Positions 34,923 to 47,019 of a DNA stretch of 64,000 bases are shown one piece after another (the stretch's first letter is position 1; each line of letters opens with the position of its first letter). Both the position numbers and the translations under genes were made by a program. The notes beneath the pieces are model-generated. The model was not told the DNA's origin. It made no database searches and saw only the letters and a program-made list of their open reading frames with translations. Source of the DNA: an uncultured Chloroflexia bacterium (GTDB lineage Bacteria > Chloroflexota > Anaerolineae > B4-G1 > SLSP01); contig CAVVUS010000037.1 of the NCBI GenBank assembly GCA_963751345.1, positions 96,001 to 160,000 on the forward strand. The letters are read 5' to 3'.

Positions 34923-37900
34923 TTAGCTGGAGTTCAGGGGCAGGGTCGCGCGCACGAGTGTGCCCTGCCCTGGGGCGCTCTCGATGACCAGTCGGCCGCC
35001 CAGACGCGCGACGCGCTCGCGCATCGTCTGGAGGCCCAGGTGTCCCGGATACTCACCCTGCGGGTCGAAGCCGACGCCATTGTCCCGCACCTCCAGCACA
35101 AGCCCCTCAGCCGAGCACACCACCCGCAGCACCACCTCGGTCGCCTGGGCGTGTTTGACCAGGTTGTTGAGCGCTTCCTGAGCCACCCGATAGAGCGCCT
35201 CTTTGGCAGCCAGGGCTATGGTAGGCTCATCGCAGACGTCTGTCTCCACGACGAGTCTGTGACGAGTGCGTATGGCATCTGCCTGCTTGGTCAAAGCCGC
35301 GATAAGCCCTTCTTTCTCCAGAGCGTCGGGGCGAAGCTCGAAGATCAGAGCGCGCATCTCTGCCAACCCGGCATCGGCAAGCGAGAAGACGTAGTCCAAC
35401 GGATTCGCCATACTCGCCTTGACCGCGTCATCCAGCGGCTGGCGGTCCAGCAAGGTGCGCGCCGTACGGGTGCCGAGGACGATGCCGTAGAGTGCTTGCG
35501 AGACCGAATCGTGGAGCTCGCGCGCGATACGGTTCCGCTCGGCTGATACCCCCGCCTGCTCCGCCGTCTCTCGCAGCCGAGCATTCTCGATCGCAAGCGC
35601 GGCCTGCGTCCCGATCGTCATGACGGTGTTGACCACGTCCTCTGAAAAGGTGCGGGGCCGGCGGTAATAGAGCTCCAGCGCGCCGTAGAGTTTGTCGAGG
35701 ATGATGATGGGCGCGGTCAATTTGGCATGGAAATCCCGCCGCACCAGCGACAACCAGCGGGCCAACGTCGGGTCATCCGGCGGCTGGACGTCGGCGAAAT
35801 ATGGGCCGAAGTCCGGCACACTGTGGGGTTGACGTTGCGCCACCGCCCGCTGAGGCTCCGTGCCGGTGAGACGAAAGGGACCTAACGCCTCGAACTCATA
35901 CGGCATCCCCACCATAGCCACGGCCGAGCTCGTCTCACTCACGTCGTCATAGCGGTAGATCACGCCGGCATCGGCTCTCTCGAGTTCACAGGCCTGCTCA
36001 ACGATCGTGCGAAGGATCTGATCGAGGGAGCGATCCGAGTTCAGGAGCTGCAGCACGTCACGCAGGCTCTCGGCAACGCGACGCCGCGTCTCGACCTCCC
36101 GCGTTCGCGCGGCGACCAAGTTCTCCAGCTCGCGACTCCGTGACTCAACCGTCTGCATACGCCATCGATATCCCCCGAGCAGCAGGAGCGCAAGTGCTGC
36201 AACGCTCCCCAGGCGGAATATCCATGAGCTCCACCATGGCGGTGCCACATCCAGGAAGACAGAGGTGCCCTCGGTGTTCCAGACGCTGTCCGAATTCGCC
36301 GCGATAACGCGAAAGACGTACTCGCCGCCGCGCAGGTTTGTGTAGTCGACGTGACGACGAGTCCCGGCCTGGATCCAATCAGCATCCTGGCCTTCCATTT
36401 TGTAGGCATAGATCTGGTTCTCCGGCGCGTTGTAGTCGAGGGCGGCAAAGTCAAACGAGATCGCCCTGTCTTTGTAGGTCAGCGCAATACGCATGTCCGA
36501 AGGTCAGACTCGTATATAGGGTCTCGTTGTTCTTGCTGAAGGATGTGACCACGACAGGAGGGACGTAAGCGCCCGACATGAACGCTCGAGGGATAGAAGG
36601 CGTTCAGACCCGCAACCCCTGCGAAGAAGAACTCACCCCACGCGCTCTTGTGCGCAGCGCCATAGTTGAACTCGGTGCTCTGCAGGCCATCCTCGATCCC
36701 GTAGTTTCTGAACGCTGAGGCGAGCTGCGCTCCTTCCCTCACCAACGCAGGGTCAAATCGCGAGATGCCGTTGTTGGTGCTGATCCAGATTCGGCCATCT
36801 GAGTCTTCCAGCAGCGCATAGACTCCGTCGTTGGGCAGGCCATCAGCCGTGGTGTAGCGCACGAAACTGCCGGCCGCGGGCTCGTACATGGCCAGACCGC
36901 CGCCATAGGTCCCGACCCAGATCGTCCCATCCGTTGCCTGAAGCAAGGCCAGGACGGTGTCACTGCCCAGAGTTCCGGGGTCATCCGGGACAGACCGATA
37001 TTGCTTGACGCCCCCGGTCTCAGGATCCAAGACGGTGAGGCCCGCGTTCCAGGTCCCCAGCCACAGACGTCCTTCGCGGTCCTCCAGGATGGCACGCACG
37101 CGGTCACTGCTTAAGCCGGCGTCGCCCGACGGCTCGTGGCGGTAGTGCACAAACGTGCCTGAGGCCGGATCCAGCCGGTCCAGCCCCTGGGACTGCGTCG
37201 CGATCCAGATATGCCCGGCGCGATCCTCGTAGAGCACACGAATCTGATCCTCAGCCAGGCTCTGAACATCTCCCGGATCGTGACGGTAGTGCGTGAAAGC
37301 ATTCATTGAAGGATCGAAGCGGTCGAGCCCACCACCATACGTGCCGATCCACAGGCGGCCCTGGTGATCCGTGAGCAGCGCGCGTACGTCATCGTCGCTC
37401 AAGCTCCCTGGATCGCCCTCCCGGTGCTGGTAGTGCTCCACGACGCCGGACTCCCGATGCATACGATTGAGTCCCTCGTGCATCGTCCCGACCCACACGC
37501 TGCCATCTGATGTGGTCGAAATCGACCAGATGCTACTCTCGCTCAGGCTGTCTGGGACGCCCGGTTCGTGGCGATAGAGGACAAAGGTGGTCGCCGTGCG
37601 AGGCAGTTTGCTGAGTCCGGCACCGTAGGTGCCGATCCAGAGCACCTCACCGGCGTCCTGGAAGAGGCTGCGAATCGTGTCGCCTGCAACACTTCGCGCG
37701 TCGGCAGGGTCATGCGCGAAGTGGTGAAAACGATCGCGCAGCGGATCCCAGAGGTTGAGGCCGTTCTGTGTGCCTACCCAGAGCCGCCTATCCCGGTCCT
37801 CGAGCACGTCCCAGACGGTGTCGTCGCTCAGGCTGTAGGGATCGTCGAAGTCGTTGGTGAACCGCGCAAGCACCGTACCGTCGGGATCCAGTTGGACCAG

Positions 37901-38651
37901 ACCAGCGCCCTCCAGGCCCAGCCAGATGTATCCCTGCCCGTCCGCGGCGATGCAGCGAACTGCACCGTCAGCGTTCGCAGGCAGGTCTAGAAGCGTGAAG
38001 CTCTCAGCGCTTGGATCAAAGCGAACCAGCCCGAGGTCAGTGCCCACCCAAAGCAGCTGCGCGGATCCCATAGGAGCGCGCTGATCACAGTCCCCGCATC
38101 TGCCTCAAGAGGAAACCGCTGGAGTTCGCCGCTGGCAGGATCGAACTCGACCAAGCCCCCTGCCATCGTGCCTACCCACAACACGCCATTGGGATCCTCC
38201 GCGAGAGCGTAGATCTCATCACCCTCAAGGCTCTGCCCATCGCCGCTAGCATCGACGGCGCGCACAAACGCCTCGGTCTGGGAACAAAGCGATCCAGGCC
38301 GCTGTCGGTCCCAACCCGAGCGTCCCCGCCCGGTCGACCCACAGAGCGCGAACGTAGCTGTTCGCCAGGGAGGTACGGTCGCCGGGAAGGTGCCGGAAGA
38401 CGGTGACCTCATATCCATTGTAGCGGTTGAGCCCATCCTCGGTCGCAAACCACAGAAAGCCGCGATGGTCCTGTGCGACATCCAATACGACGCTCTGGGA
38501 TAGGCCTTGCTCCAACGAAAGGGTCTGGAAACGCAGTGTCGCAAGCGATAGATCGGCGGGTGGTGGCTGATTCTGCGCATACGTCGTCCGTGGCGATGCA
38601 GAGGAGACATAGCAGCGCGACTAGGGTGGCGAGAGTTCTCAGAACACGCAT
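34923..38651 (-). CDS. Sensor histidine kinase: signal peptide, Reg_prop beta-propellers, Y_Y_Y, TM, GAF, HisKA_3/HATPase (several frameshifts)
   Basis: Repeats of the EDxxGxLWxGTxxGL type, YAYKMEG..YTNL..GEYVFRV, ERNRIARELHDSVSQ, EALNNLVKHA, DNGVGFD, GLQTMRER. Confidence 0.9.
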
Positions 38652-38795
38652 AGGTCTCCAACTAAAGTCCTAGCAGAACTCAGACAAAAGCGTCGGGGAA
38701 ACTCGTTTGTTGTCCTGATGCACTCGAGGGCAGAGTATCGTACATTAGGGCTGTGACGATTATAGCATATCCAGAACGGTAGAAAGCGACACGAC

Positions 38796-39198
38796 ATGCC
38801 CAGAATCCTGCTTGTTGACGATCAAGGTTCGGTACGCGAGGGATTGAGAATGCGTTTGGCGCTGGAGACTGACATGGAGGTGGTGGGTGAAGCCGGTGAT
38901 GGCATCGAGGCATTGCACGCTGCAGAACGGCTGGCGCCCGATGTCGTCGTGATGGACGTGGAGATGCCCCATATGGACGGCATTGCAGCGACCCGGCAGC
39001 TTCGGGAGGCAATGCCCCATGATCGCCGTCATCATGCTCAGCATCCATGGCGATCGGTACGTCCGCGAGAGCGCACTCGATGCCGGCGCCGTCGCCTTTG
39101 TCGAGAAACGGGGTGGGTTGAAGCCGCTGTTGGACGCTATTCACGACGTGGACACAGCGAGAACGAGAATGAGTCCCGAAGGATCGGAGGAGCAGTGA
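38796..39198 (+). CDS. Single-domain (receiver-only) response regulator, frameshift near 39015
   Basis: LLVDDQ, DVVVMDVEMP, VIMLSI, AFVEK; no output domain. Confidence 0.82.
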
Positions 39199-40020
39199 TG
39201 ACAGAGATCGTGAGTCCGCTCACAGGATATACCGCAGAACGAGCGACCGCCCGTTAGGGTCATAGGGCCGCGGATCGGAGGCAACCCGGCTTCGAGGCAG
39301 AGCTGGCCCATCTCATCGTGAGACCGGGGACCACGCTCGCGCACCTGGGCAGCGATCGCTGTCTCTCGGCTTGGCTGCCAGTGCTGATCATCGTTGCCGT
39401 CGCGGTGGCATCTACGATAGCGAGGAGCTACGCGGACAGCCGTTACTTCTACGAGGATCAGGTTCGGTACTACACCCAGCATCCGGAGTTTGGGCCGGCC
39501 GGTGGGATAACCTTGGTCATGCCCCCGATAGGAACCGTCATGATCCGCATCGGTGAGCAGTTGACGGGGCTGGTGGGATCATGGGCGCTGTGGATCGACT
39601 GTCCTCTACGTCACGTCGGTCGTCAGCGCTCACGGCCGCGCAAGCTTCACGACAGCGGTGAGGCTGACGGCTGTGGAGCTGGATGCCCTATGCGCATCCG
39701 AGGGGTGCTGCAGATAGTGTATATGCTCGTGGCACACGACCCGATCTTCAACCCGGGCCTCAGTAGCTTGGTGCTAGACAACGCCCCACCCTTCAATGGG
39801 TGATTACGAATACGTGATGGTGCCTCGCTCGGCGAGACTGTGGGGGGCCGTCCTCTCATATGTGGACATCTACCTGTTCTGGCATCTGGTTCTGGTCTGG
39901 CTCGGGATGCCCGCCTTGACGAAGCTCTCCCGCAAGTGGACGTGGTTCATTGTCCTGCTCGCAGCCGCAATGTGGATCGGGATCAGACTCTTGGTGGAGA
40001 TCCGAAGGTATCGATACTAG
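39198..40020 (+). CDS. YIP1/YknW-like membrane protein (multiple frameshifts)
   Basis: RP..TL..WLPVLII, TM segments, LSYVDIYLFWHLVLVWLG..KLS. Confidence 0.55.
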
Positions 40021-40035
40021 ACAGGGGAGCGGAGT

Positions 40036-40726
40036 ATGTCTGTGAAGAGTCTGGTCCGTACTGAGGCACTGTCACGCTGTTATCAGATGGGGGACCAGAT
40101 CGTGCACGCCTTGGATGGCGTCGACACCGTTATCGAGGAAGGGGAGATGCTCGCGGTGATGGGGCCTTCGGGTTCCGGCAAGAGCACGTTTCTGTACCTT
40201 CTCGGGGGCCTTGACCGCCCCACCGCAGGATGTGTGTGGGTGCGTGGGGTCGCCATCGACGAGCTCGATGAGGACGATCTGGCAGCCTACCGCGTTCACG
40301 ACGTCGGCTTCATCTTCCAGGCATTCCATCTCATCCCTACGATGACGGCTATCGAAAACGTATGCTGCCGATGATCTTTGCCCGGATGTCTGAAGCAAGC
40401 CGTCGGGAGCGCGCCGAGACGCTGCTGGATCGCGTGGGCTTGAAGGAGCGGCTGCATCACAGGCCCACGGAGCTTTCCGGCGGGCAGCAGCAACGCGTGG
40501 CCATCGCCCGTGCGCTCGCGAATGACCCCCAGCTCATCCTCGCCGATGAACCGACAGGTAATCTTGACACACAAAGCGGGGCCGAGGTTATGACTTGCTC
40601 ACACGACTCAACCGTGAGGAGGGTCGAACGATCGTGATCGTCTCTCACGATCCCTCGGTGATGGACTACGCGACTAGGTCAATCCACTTCAGGGATGGCC
40701 GAGTGGTGGATCCGCTGGCGAACTGA
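40036..40726 (+). CDS. LolD/MacB-type ABC ATPase (frameshifts)
   Basis: [45 protein letters not shown]. Confidence 0.9.
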
Positions 40727-40742
40727 GGAAAGGCAGGTTGCT

Positions 40743-42700
40743 ATGCGCACAAGGGATGCAAAAAGGGCGAAAGAAGTGGTCTGGACAGCGATCTGCGCGG
40801 GGGTGCTGATCGCTATGCTATCGCCTGTATCGCCGGGGGTGGCCCAGTCTCCGCTGGAGACCCCGGTGACGGTACCACAGTTCAGTTCAGAATCTCCGAC
40901 GTGAACCACGCTCGTTGAGCAGGTGTCACGGGCGGTACGATGAGCATCTACGGCAATGGCTTTCACCCATCGTGTTCGGTTCGTCTTGTTGGACATGGCC
41001 TGCTGCCTACGACTTACGTGAACTCCACGGCGTTGATGGCTCAGGTACCTTCGGGAATCCCTGGCGGCACGTATGATGTGGAGGTCACCGATGGAACAGA
41101 TTCAGTACAGCTCGATGGCGCACTGGCAATCTTGGCCCCGACGCCCACACCCGCACCGCGGTCCACCCCGCCGCCGGGCCATCCGATCCTCACGATCCGC
41201 AGCTACAAGGTGACACCCCCCAAGGTGCGGGCAGGAGAGGAGTTCGAGGTCACCATCGAGGTCTACAACAACGGCAGTCGAGCCGGCGAGAACACGATGG
41301 TCGTCTTTCCGGGCACCACCTTTGTCCCGGTCGGGGAGCCCGGCCATCTTCTCTGGCAACTGCACATCAATCACACCGTGGTCGTGACCCAGCCGATGCG
41401 CGCCCCGACCAGCCTCAACTCCGGACTCTACCAAGTGCAGGTCAACCTAGGAGCGAACGATTGGGAAGGAGACCACTACGACTATCCGCAGACGGTGCCG
41501 GTCGAGGTCATCGGCGCCACGCCTATCGCCGGCAGGCCCAGAGTGACGATCGAGAGCGCGTCAACCTCTCCTGCGGAGATCGTGCCCGGCGCACCGTTCA
41601 CCCTCACCCTCTTGCTGGCAAATCGTGGCAGCCGAACTGCGCGCAACGTCTTTGCCGCCTGTGGATCGGACGACTGGATCCTACCCGCAGCTAGTGGAAG
41701 TAGCATCTCCACGCCTCGGATTGACATCGAGGGTGTGGTCAGCGTCACACTGCCACTTCACGCCGACCCGGCGATGCCCGGCGGGCGTCATCCTTTGTCG
41801 ATTGACCTTTCCTATGAGGACTACGACGGAACGAACTACAGCACCCAGGAGTTCATCGGGCTGGACGCCAATGCCAGTTTGAACGTTCAACCTCAACTGC
41901 TGATCAGGGAATACTGGGCGACGCCGGCGTTCATCAGTCCTGGCGACACCTTCACGCTCACCGTGGAGATCGCCAACGTCGGCGGTGGGACGGCGACGAG
42001 ACTCACGATGGCGCTGGGAGGTGAGACCGGCGCGGCACTGGAGCCGTTCAGCCCCCTGACTACGGGCAACGTCAGCTTCGTTGACGAGATCTGGGGAGAT
42101 GCAGCCACAACGGTCTCTTGGCGTTTGATGGCCGATGGAGCCGCCCAGCCTAAAGCATACAACGTCCCCGTGACCCTCGCCTATGATGATGCACAGGGCA
42201 TCCGCCATAGTGACACGCAGCGATTGAGCTTAATGGTGAGACGTCGCCCGGAGCTCCAGGGGATGTTCTACCGAGAGCCCGAGAGTCTGTCCGTCGGCGT
42301 CCCCACGGCGGTGTCGTTGGAGGTTCTCAACATCGGCAGCGGGCCTATTGACGTGACAGGGCTAGCCGCGACGAGCGATAGCGATCGAATGGAGATCACA
42401 TCTGAGGGAAGCCCTTTTGTCGGACCGGTCGAGTCCGGCGGTTCCGCGCCTCTGGACGTCACTATCACGCCTCGTCACCCCGGCTGGGCCGACATCACCA
42501 TTTGCGTGACCTACCGCGACGACTTCAACCAGTACCAGACCGTGACGGTGACCCTATCTGTGGAGGTAGCTGAAGGGCCGAAGGGCAACAGCGCGGTCCC
42601 AGAGGTTACCGCCCCGTCTTCCGGAGAAACATCCAGGTCGTCGACCCTCTGGAAGGTCGCAGGTCGGGTCGTGAAGGGTCTGCTCGGATTCGGTGGATGA
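40743..42700 (+). CDS. Secreted IPT/TIG + repeated Ig-like (COG1361/CARDB-like) protein; frameshift near 40900
   Basis: Signal peptide; repeated PG(D/A)xFTLT..N.G...A beta-sandwich units; amphipathic C-terminus. Confidence 0.7.
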
Positions 42701-42707
42701 GGCCCCT

Positions 42708-44065
42708 ATGAGGACTAAGGATCTGGTGAAACTGGTACTTCACAACTTGAGCAGAATGCGCACCCGCGTGACGATGACGGCGCTGGGTGTCGTGATCGGG
42801 ACGGCGGCTGTGATGGTACTCGTCTCGCTTGGGGCAGGGCTGGCGCGCCAGACGCAGGAAGCCCTGATGTCCGGCGGTGGTTTGACCGACCTACAGGTTG
42901 TCGCGCCCATAGATTTCCAGGTCCGACAGGAACAACCGCCGGGCTCGGCGCCACAGCCGGCTGGGGAGACCACATCTGCCCGGTATGTAATCCTCGACGG
43001 TTGCGCCCTCGAGGAGATTCGCGCGCTACCCGGCGTCGAAGCCGTGTTCGTGTCCGAGAACCTGATGGCTCAGACCAAGGTGACCTACGGAGAGCTGATG
43101 GGCTACCCGACGCTGATTGGGATGGAGGCATGCGATCTGGCCACAATGGGAATACAGCTCGCCCGCGGAACGCTTGAGATGCGCCGTGGTCAGGTCGTCG
43201 TGGGCGCCAGGGTCGCGGAGACCTCGCTTCGCGATCCTGCATCGTTCGACCCTTACCGCGAGGTCTCAGGCGGGGAAGCACGAGAGCCGCCAGACCTGCT
43301 GGGCGAGACCCTTCGGGTGCAGCTTACACGCTACACCGAGGATGGGACCGCGGTGGAGAAAACCTTGCGCTTCGAGGTCGTCGGCGTGTTGGCGACCAGT
43401 GGTTGGCGACACGACTTCACGATCTACCTGCCTATGCGAGACGCACTCGATCTCAACACCTGGGCACAGGGCAGGCGCCGGGATCCCCGCCGGCAGGGAT
43501 ATACCCAGGCCATCGTGCGGGCCATCGACGTGCAGCACACGCTTGAGGTCGAGCAGGCGCTCAAAGAGATGAGGCTGTCCGCCTTTTCCGAGCAGCAGCA
43601 GATCGAACAGGCCGAGGAATACTACGCCACGGTCCAGGCCGTGTTGGGTGGGATTGGTGGCGTCGCCCTGTTGGTCGCCGCCTTTGGCATCGCCAACACG
43701 ATGCTGATGGCGATCTACGAACGCACGCGTGAGATCGGCCTACTGAAGGCCATCGGCGCGACGCACCGGGATGTGATGCTGATCTTCCTCGCAGAGGCTG
43801 GGTCCATCGGGCTTCTGGGCGGGTAGGTGGAAGTATCCTCGGCCTGATCGTGAACGGGGTCATCAACGTGATCGCTGGCGCCGTACGCGCTAAGCAGGTC
43901 GCTGGGGGCGCCAGCGCGGGATCGGATCTCGGCATAGCCTATGCTCCGCTGTGGCTGCCCTGCTTTGCTGTTGCTTTCGCCGTAGTCGTTGGCATCCTCT
44001 CCGGCGCCTATCGGCCAACCGCGCGGCCAGATCTCGAGCCTTTGCAGGCACTCAAGTACGAGTAA
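42708..44065 (+). CDS. MacB/FtsX-family ABC permease (3' frameshifts)
   Basis: RVTMTALGVVIG, GIANTMLMAIYERTREIGLLKAIGA, ..ALKYE end. Confidence 0.9.
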
Positions 44066-44198
44066 AGGTGCACCTGGATCTCTGACTTTCGTCGCAACTG
44101 GTTCCGTGCTTGAGCCGATGTGGTCCGTATTGGCTCGTGTATGATGAATCGTGGTGTGGATCCATCGCTTAGACACGAGTCGCAAGATGAGGTCTTCA

Positions 44199-44488
44199 AT
44201 GATCGTGGAGTTGCTTGCCGGAATCGTGACGTTGGCGATGGGCGGTCTGCTCGGCTATGCCCTGTCGAGTCGCATTCCAGCACCGAGACGGGTACTAGGC
44301 ATCGTCGGTGGGGCTTTGCGGTCCTCGTCGCTGCCTATATCGGCCGTGACACCCGCGTGGTCTCTGCTTTTGGATTCGCTATCTTCGCGAACAACCTGCT
44401 GATGAGCCTTATGCTCGGCACGCTGCTGGGCGTGTTCATCCGAAATCAGGCACGCGTCGGCACATCGTTAGTCAGTCAAGAACTCTAA
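44199..44488 (+). CDS. Small three-TM membrane protein (frameshift)
   Basis: RBS GAGGT; hydrophobic segments in ORFs 44151.. and 44120.. join. Confidence 0.5.
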
Positions 44489-44503
44489 GAACTAGGAGGG
44501 GCA

Positions 44504-45164
44504 ATGAGAACAAGACTGAGAACCGATATCCTGTTCGGCATTGTCGATCCTGTGGGCCATGATCCAGTGGTTGCGCTGCAGCCACCGCGACTCCACAGAC
44601 AGCAGTACCGACCGTCGAATTGGCCCCAGCCAACCCGCCGGCTCTTGGAGCCGATCGGCACAGACAGCTGGCAGACGTACGAGGACTGTGATTACGGCTT
44701 CCGCCTGTTACACCCACCGGCTTGGTCGTACAAGCAGATGGCGATGTCCGGACCTGGCATGCCTGACGATTGGCCCGTCATTTCCGCTGTGGTCTTCTAC
44801 CCGGATTCCATGGCCGAAGCACTCAACCACGAGGGACCGCCGGATCCGAATGCCCCGAACGTCGTGCCGCCCTTCTCCATCGAGGTCTATGTCGGCCCCC
44901 AGGCCGAGTTCAGACGTGCGTATCCCGAGCCGGGAGCTACCGAGACCATCGACGTCAACGGGCGTCACAGTAGTCCTCGAGCGGGACACGTATGACGACT
45001 TCAACACCTACCGGTATGTCTACCAACACCCTACGGACGAGACCATTTACGTCGTCCTGAGCGACGTCATCACGGGCTTCTCACAGCGGGCACAGGACAA
45101 TCCGGAGTTCGTCGCACTGATCCCGCAGATCGTCACCAACCTGCAGTTTGTGGATCCCTCGTAA
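44504..45164 (+). CDS. Secreted/lipoprotein with PsbP-like fold (frameshifts)
   Basis: RBS AGGAGG; WQTYED.DYGFRLLHPPAW and ..QIVTNLQF ends. Confidence 0.5.
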
Positions 45165-45295
45165 CGCGAGGGATCCACCCATCATCCGAGAAGCGCTTCA
45201 ATGGGACCCAAAGATTTGCAGCCTTCGTGTATCGTGCTACGATGCTGCGCAGAATCAAGATCTTGACCTAGCTCGCGATCCCAAGGAGGCCCCGG

Positions 45296-46225
45296 ATGAA
45301 GCCACTGCGCAAGCACGTCGCCATCGCCATCGACGGCGGAGGCATCAAAGGCGTGATGGTCTCGCGGGCGCTGGCCATCCTGGAGGACTACCTGGGACGG
45401 GGTGCGCCGGACATCTTCCATCTCGCCGCTGGGACCTCGACCGGCTCGATCATCTCGGCGGGTATCGCCGTCGGCCTGACCGGCGCGGAGATGCACGCGC
45501 TCTACGTGCAGTTGGGCGACACTGTCTTCCGCCGGACGCTGCGCAGCACGCTCTGGCTCCTGGCCCGCTACCGCTATCCGGCGGAGCCACTCGTGCGGGC
45601 ACTGGGGAAATACCTCGGTGCACTGACGATGGGCGACCTATGGACCTCCTCGCCGCGTATTGACGTCGTCATTACGACCTTCGACCTGCTGGAAAATCGC
45701 ACGCTCTTCGTCAAGCCCTGGAAAGCGGAGTACGCTCTCTGGCCCGTCACCAAAGCCGTGCTCTGCCTCTTGCTCGGTACCGACCTACTTCCCGGTCGTG
45801 GAAGGGCGGTACGTGGACGGTGGCGTAGGCTCCTACGCCAATCCCTGCTACGTCGCCGCCTACGAGATCAAGTATTGCCTCGGCTGGGACCTGCGGAGAC
45901 CACGTTGATCAGCCTGGGCACAGGGCGGGATCCTTATGCCCACGACGTGCAGAAGGTCAACCGGTGGCACGTGTGGGAGTGGTTGACGCCGCTGTTGGGC
46001 GCCTTTATGGAGTCCGCGGCCGATCAGCAGGTGCACCTCGTCGACACCTTCTTCAAGGACCTGGATTTCCGCAGGTTCCAGGTGGACCTGGAGCGGCCCA
46101 TCGCGATGGATGAGCCCGCGGCTATCCCCGAGCTCACGGCCTACGGCGAGGAGCTCGGCCGCAAGATCATCGGAGATGATCTTGACCGGGCCATGGGGAT
46201 CCATGCCACCGTCGCCCCGCAGTAG
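45296..46225 (+). CDS. Patatin-like phospholipase (two compensating frameshifts)
   Basis: DGGGIKG, GTSTG nucleophile elbow, YVDGGV in the shifted frame, LISLGTG. Confidence 0.9.
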   Translation: MKPLRKHVAIAIDGGGIKGVMVSRALAILEDYLGRGAPDIFHLAAGTSTGSIISAGIAVGLTGAEMHALYVQLGDTVFRRTLRSTLWLLARYRYPAEPLVRALGKYLGALTMGDLWTSSPRIDVVITTFDLLENRTLFVKPWKAEYALWPVTKAVLCLLLGTDLLPGRGRAVRGRWRRLLRQSLLRRRLRDQVLPRLGPAETTLISLGTGRDPYAHDVQKVNRWHVWEWLTPLLGAFMESAADQQVHLVDTFFKDLDFRRFQVDLERPIAMDEPAAIPELTAYGEELGRKIIGDDLDRAMGIHATVAPQ

Positions 46226-46309
46226 GACGCCTGCCGCCAACCTTGCGAAGGTTGGGGCGGTGCAGCCCCAAACCCCAACCAAAGTGGGACTACTAGCTCT
46301 TGACACGTG

Positions 46310-46440
46310 TGCTATAATGGTTATGGACGGTCCCTTCGATGGGCGCGCACTCAGGGGTACCGTATCTCCTATATAGGAGGTGGTTTATGGACCATTACGC
46401 GATGCGGAGGACCCGGCATTAGCCGGGTCCTCTCCGTTTA
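46310..46440 (+). ncRNA. Putative stand-alone small transcript (sRNA or small-peptide mRNA)
   Basis: Extended -10 TGcTATAAT, hairpins, AGGAGGT plus 11-codon ORF (46387-46422), GC terminator GAGGACCCGGC-atta-GCCGGGTCCTC followed by TTT. Confidence 0.45.
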
Positions 46441-46626
46441 TAGGGGGGGTAGTTGCAGATCCTCGCTCTGAGAGTGATGGATTTACCCTAGGCTGAAATG
46501 GCCCCAGATTTCCCGATAACCCTTGATTACGTACCTTGAATATGTTATGATAAGCGCCGATTTGATATGGTCTGCGACTCGGCACTAGAGCCGATTCTTC
46601 ACGATTTCTGTCCCTGATAAGGCGCA

Positions 46627-47007
46627 ATGTATCCAGATAGTGAGATTCTGTTCCCACCCCGCTGTATCGATCAACTAGGTGACTTGCGTGGCCCCAAATG
46701 GCAGGACCTGACCTGCCGTGTCGCCCAACTGCCACACAATCATGAGGACGTTCTTGCCTTCGGCCTGATGTTGATTCGCCTGGGAAGCTGCCTCACCTGT
46801 GACCTCGACAGCTATCGCGCCTCCCTCGGATGCTGCACCTGCGCCCGGCGCACGGTGAGTGGCTACAAGGAAGATGACGCCTCTCTGCTTGACCTATACG
46901 AGAAGACGCTGGTGGAGGTCAAGAGTTTCACCGAGAAACAGCAGCCGCTTTCGGTGTCGCTGCTACTCGAGGAAAAGAAGGTCGTAACGCCTGGCAGGCC
47001 GATGTAG
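46627..47007 (+). CDS. Cys-rich hypothetical protein (CxxC..CxxC)
   Basis: Intact ORF with CLTC and CCTC; own promoter-like TTGATT, 17 bp, TATGAT near 46523-46551. Confidence 0.7.
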   Translation: MYPDSEILFPPRCIDQLGDLRGPKWQDLTCRVAQLPHNHEDVLAFGLMLIRLGSCLTCDLDSYRASLGCCTCARRTVSGYKEDDASLLDLYEKTLVEVKSFTEKQQPLSVSLLLEEKKVVTPGRPM

Positions 47008-47019
47008 CGGCGTCGCGCG

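Noticed and set aside
32077-45300. Integrative element at tRNA-Pro
   Set aside because: No integrase and no duplicated tRNA 3' end found by eye
45296-46225. Patatin as a CBASS (CapV) effector
   Set aside because: No CD-NTase or other defence genes adjacent
46233-46261. CCAACCTTGCGAAGGTTGG hairpin as a second repeat family
   Set aside because: Single copy in the window; may just be the patatin 3' hairpin
46300-46318. TTGACA + TATAAT as a consensus promoter pair
   Set aside because: Only 7 bp apart; only the extended -10 is usable
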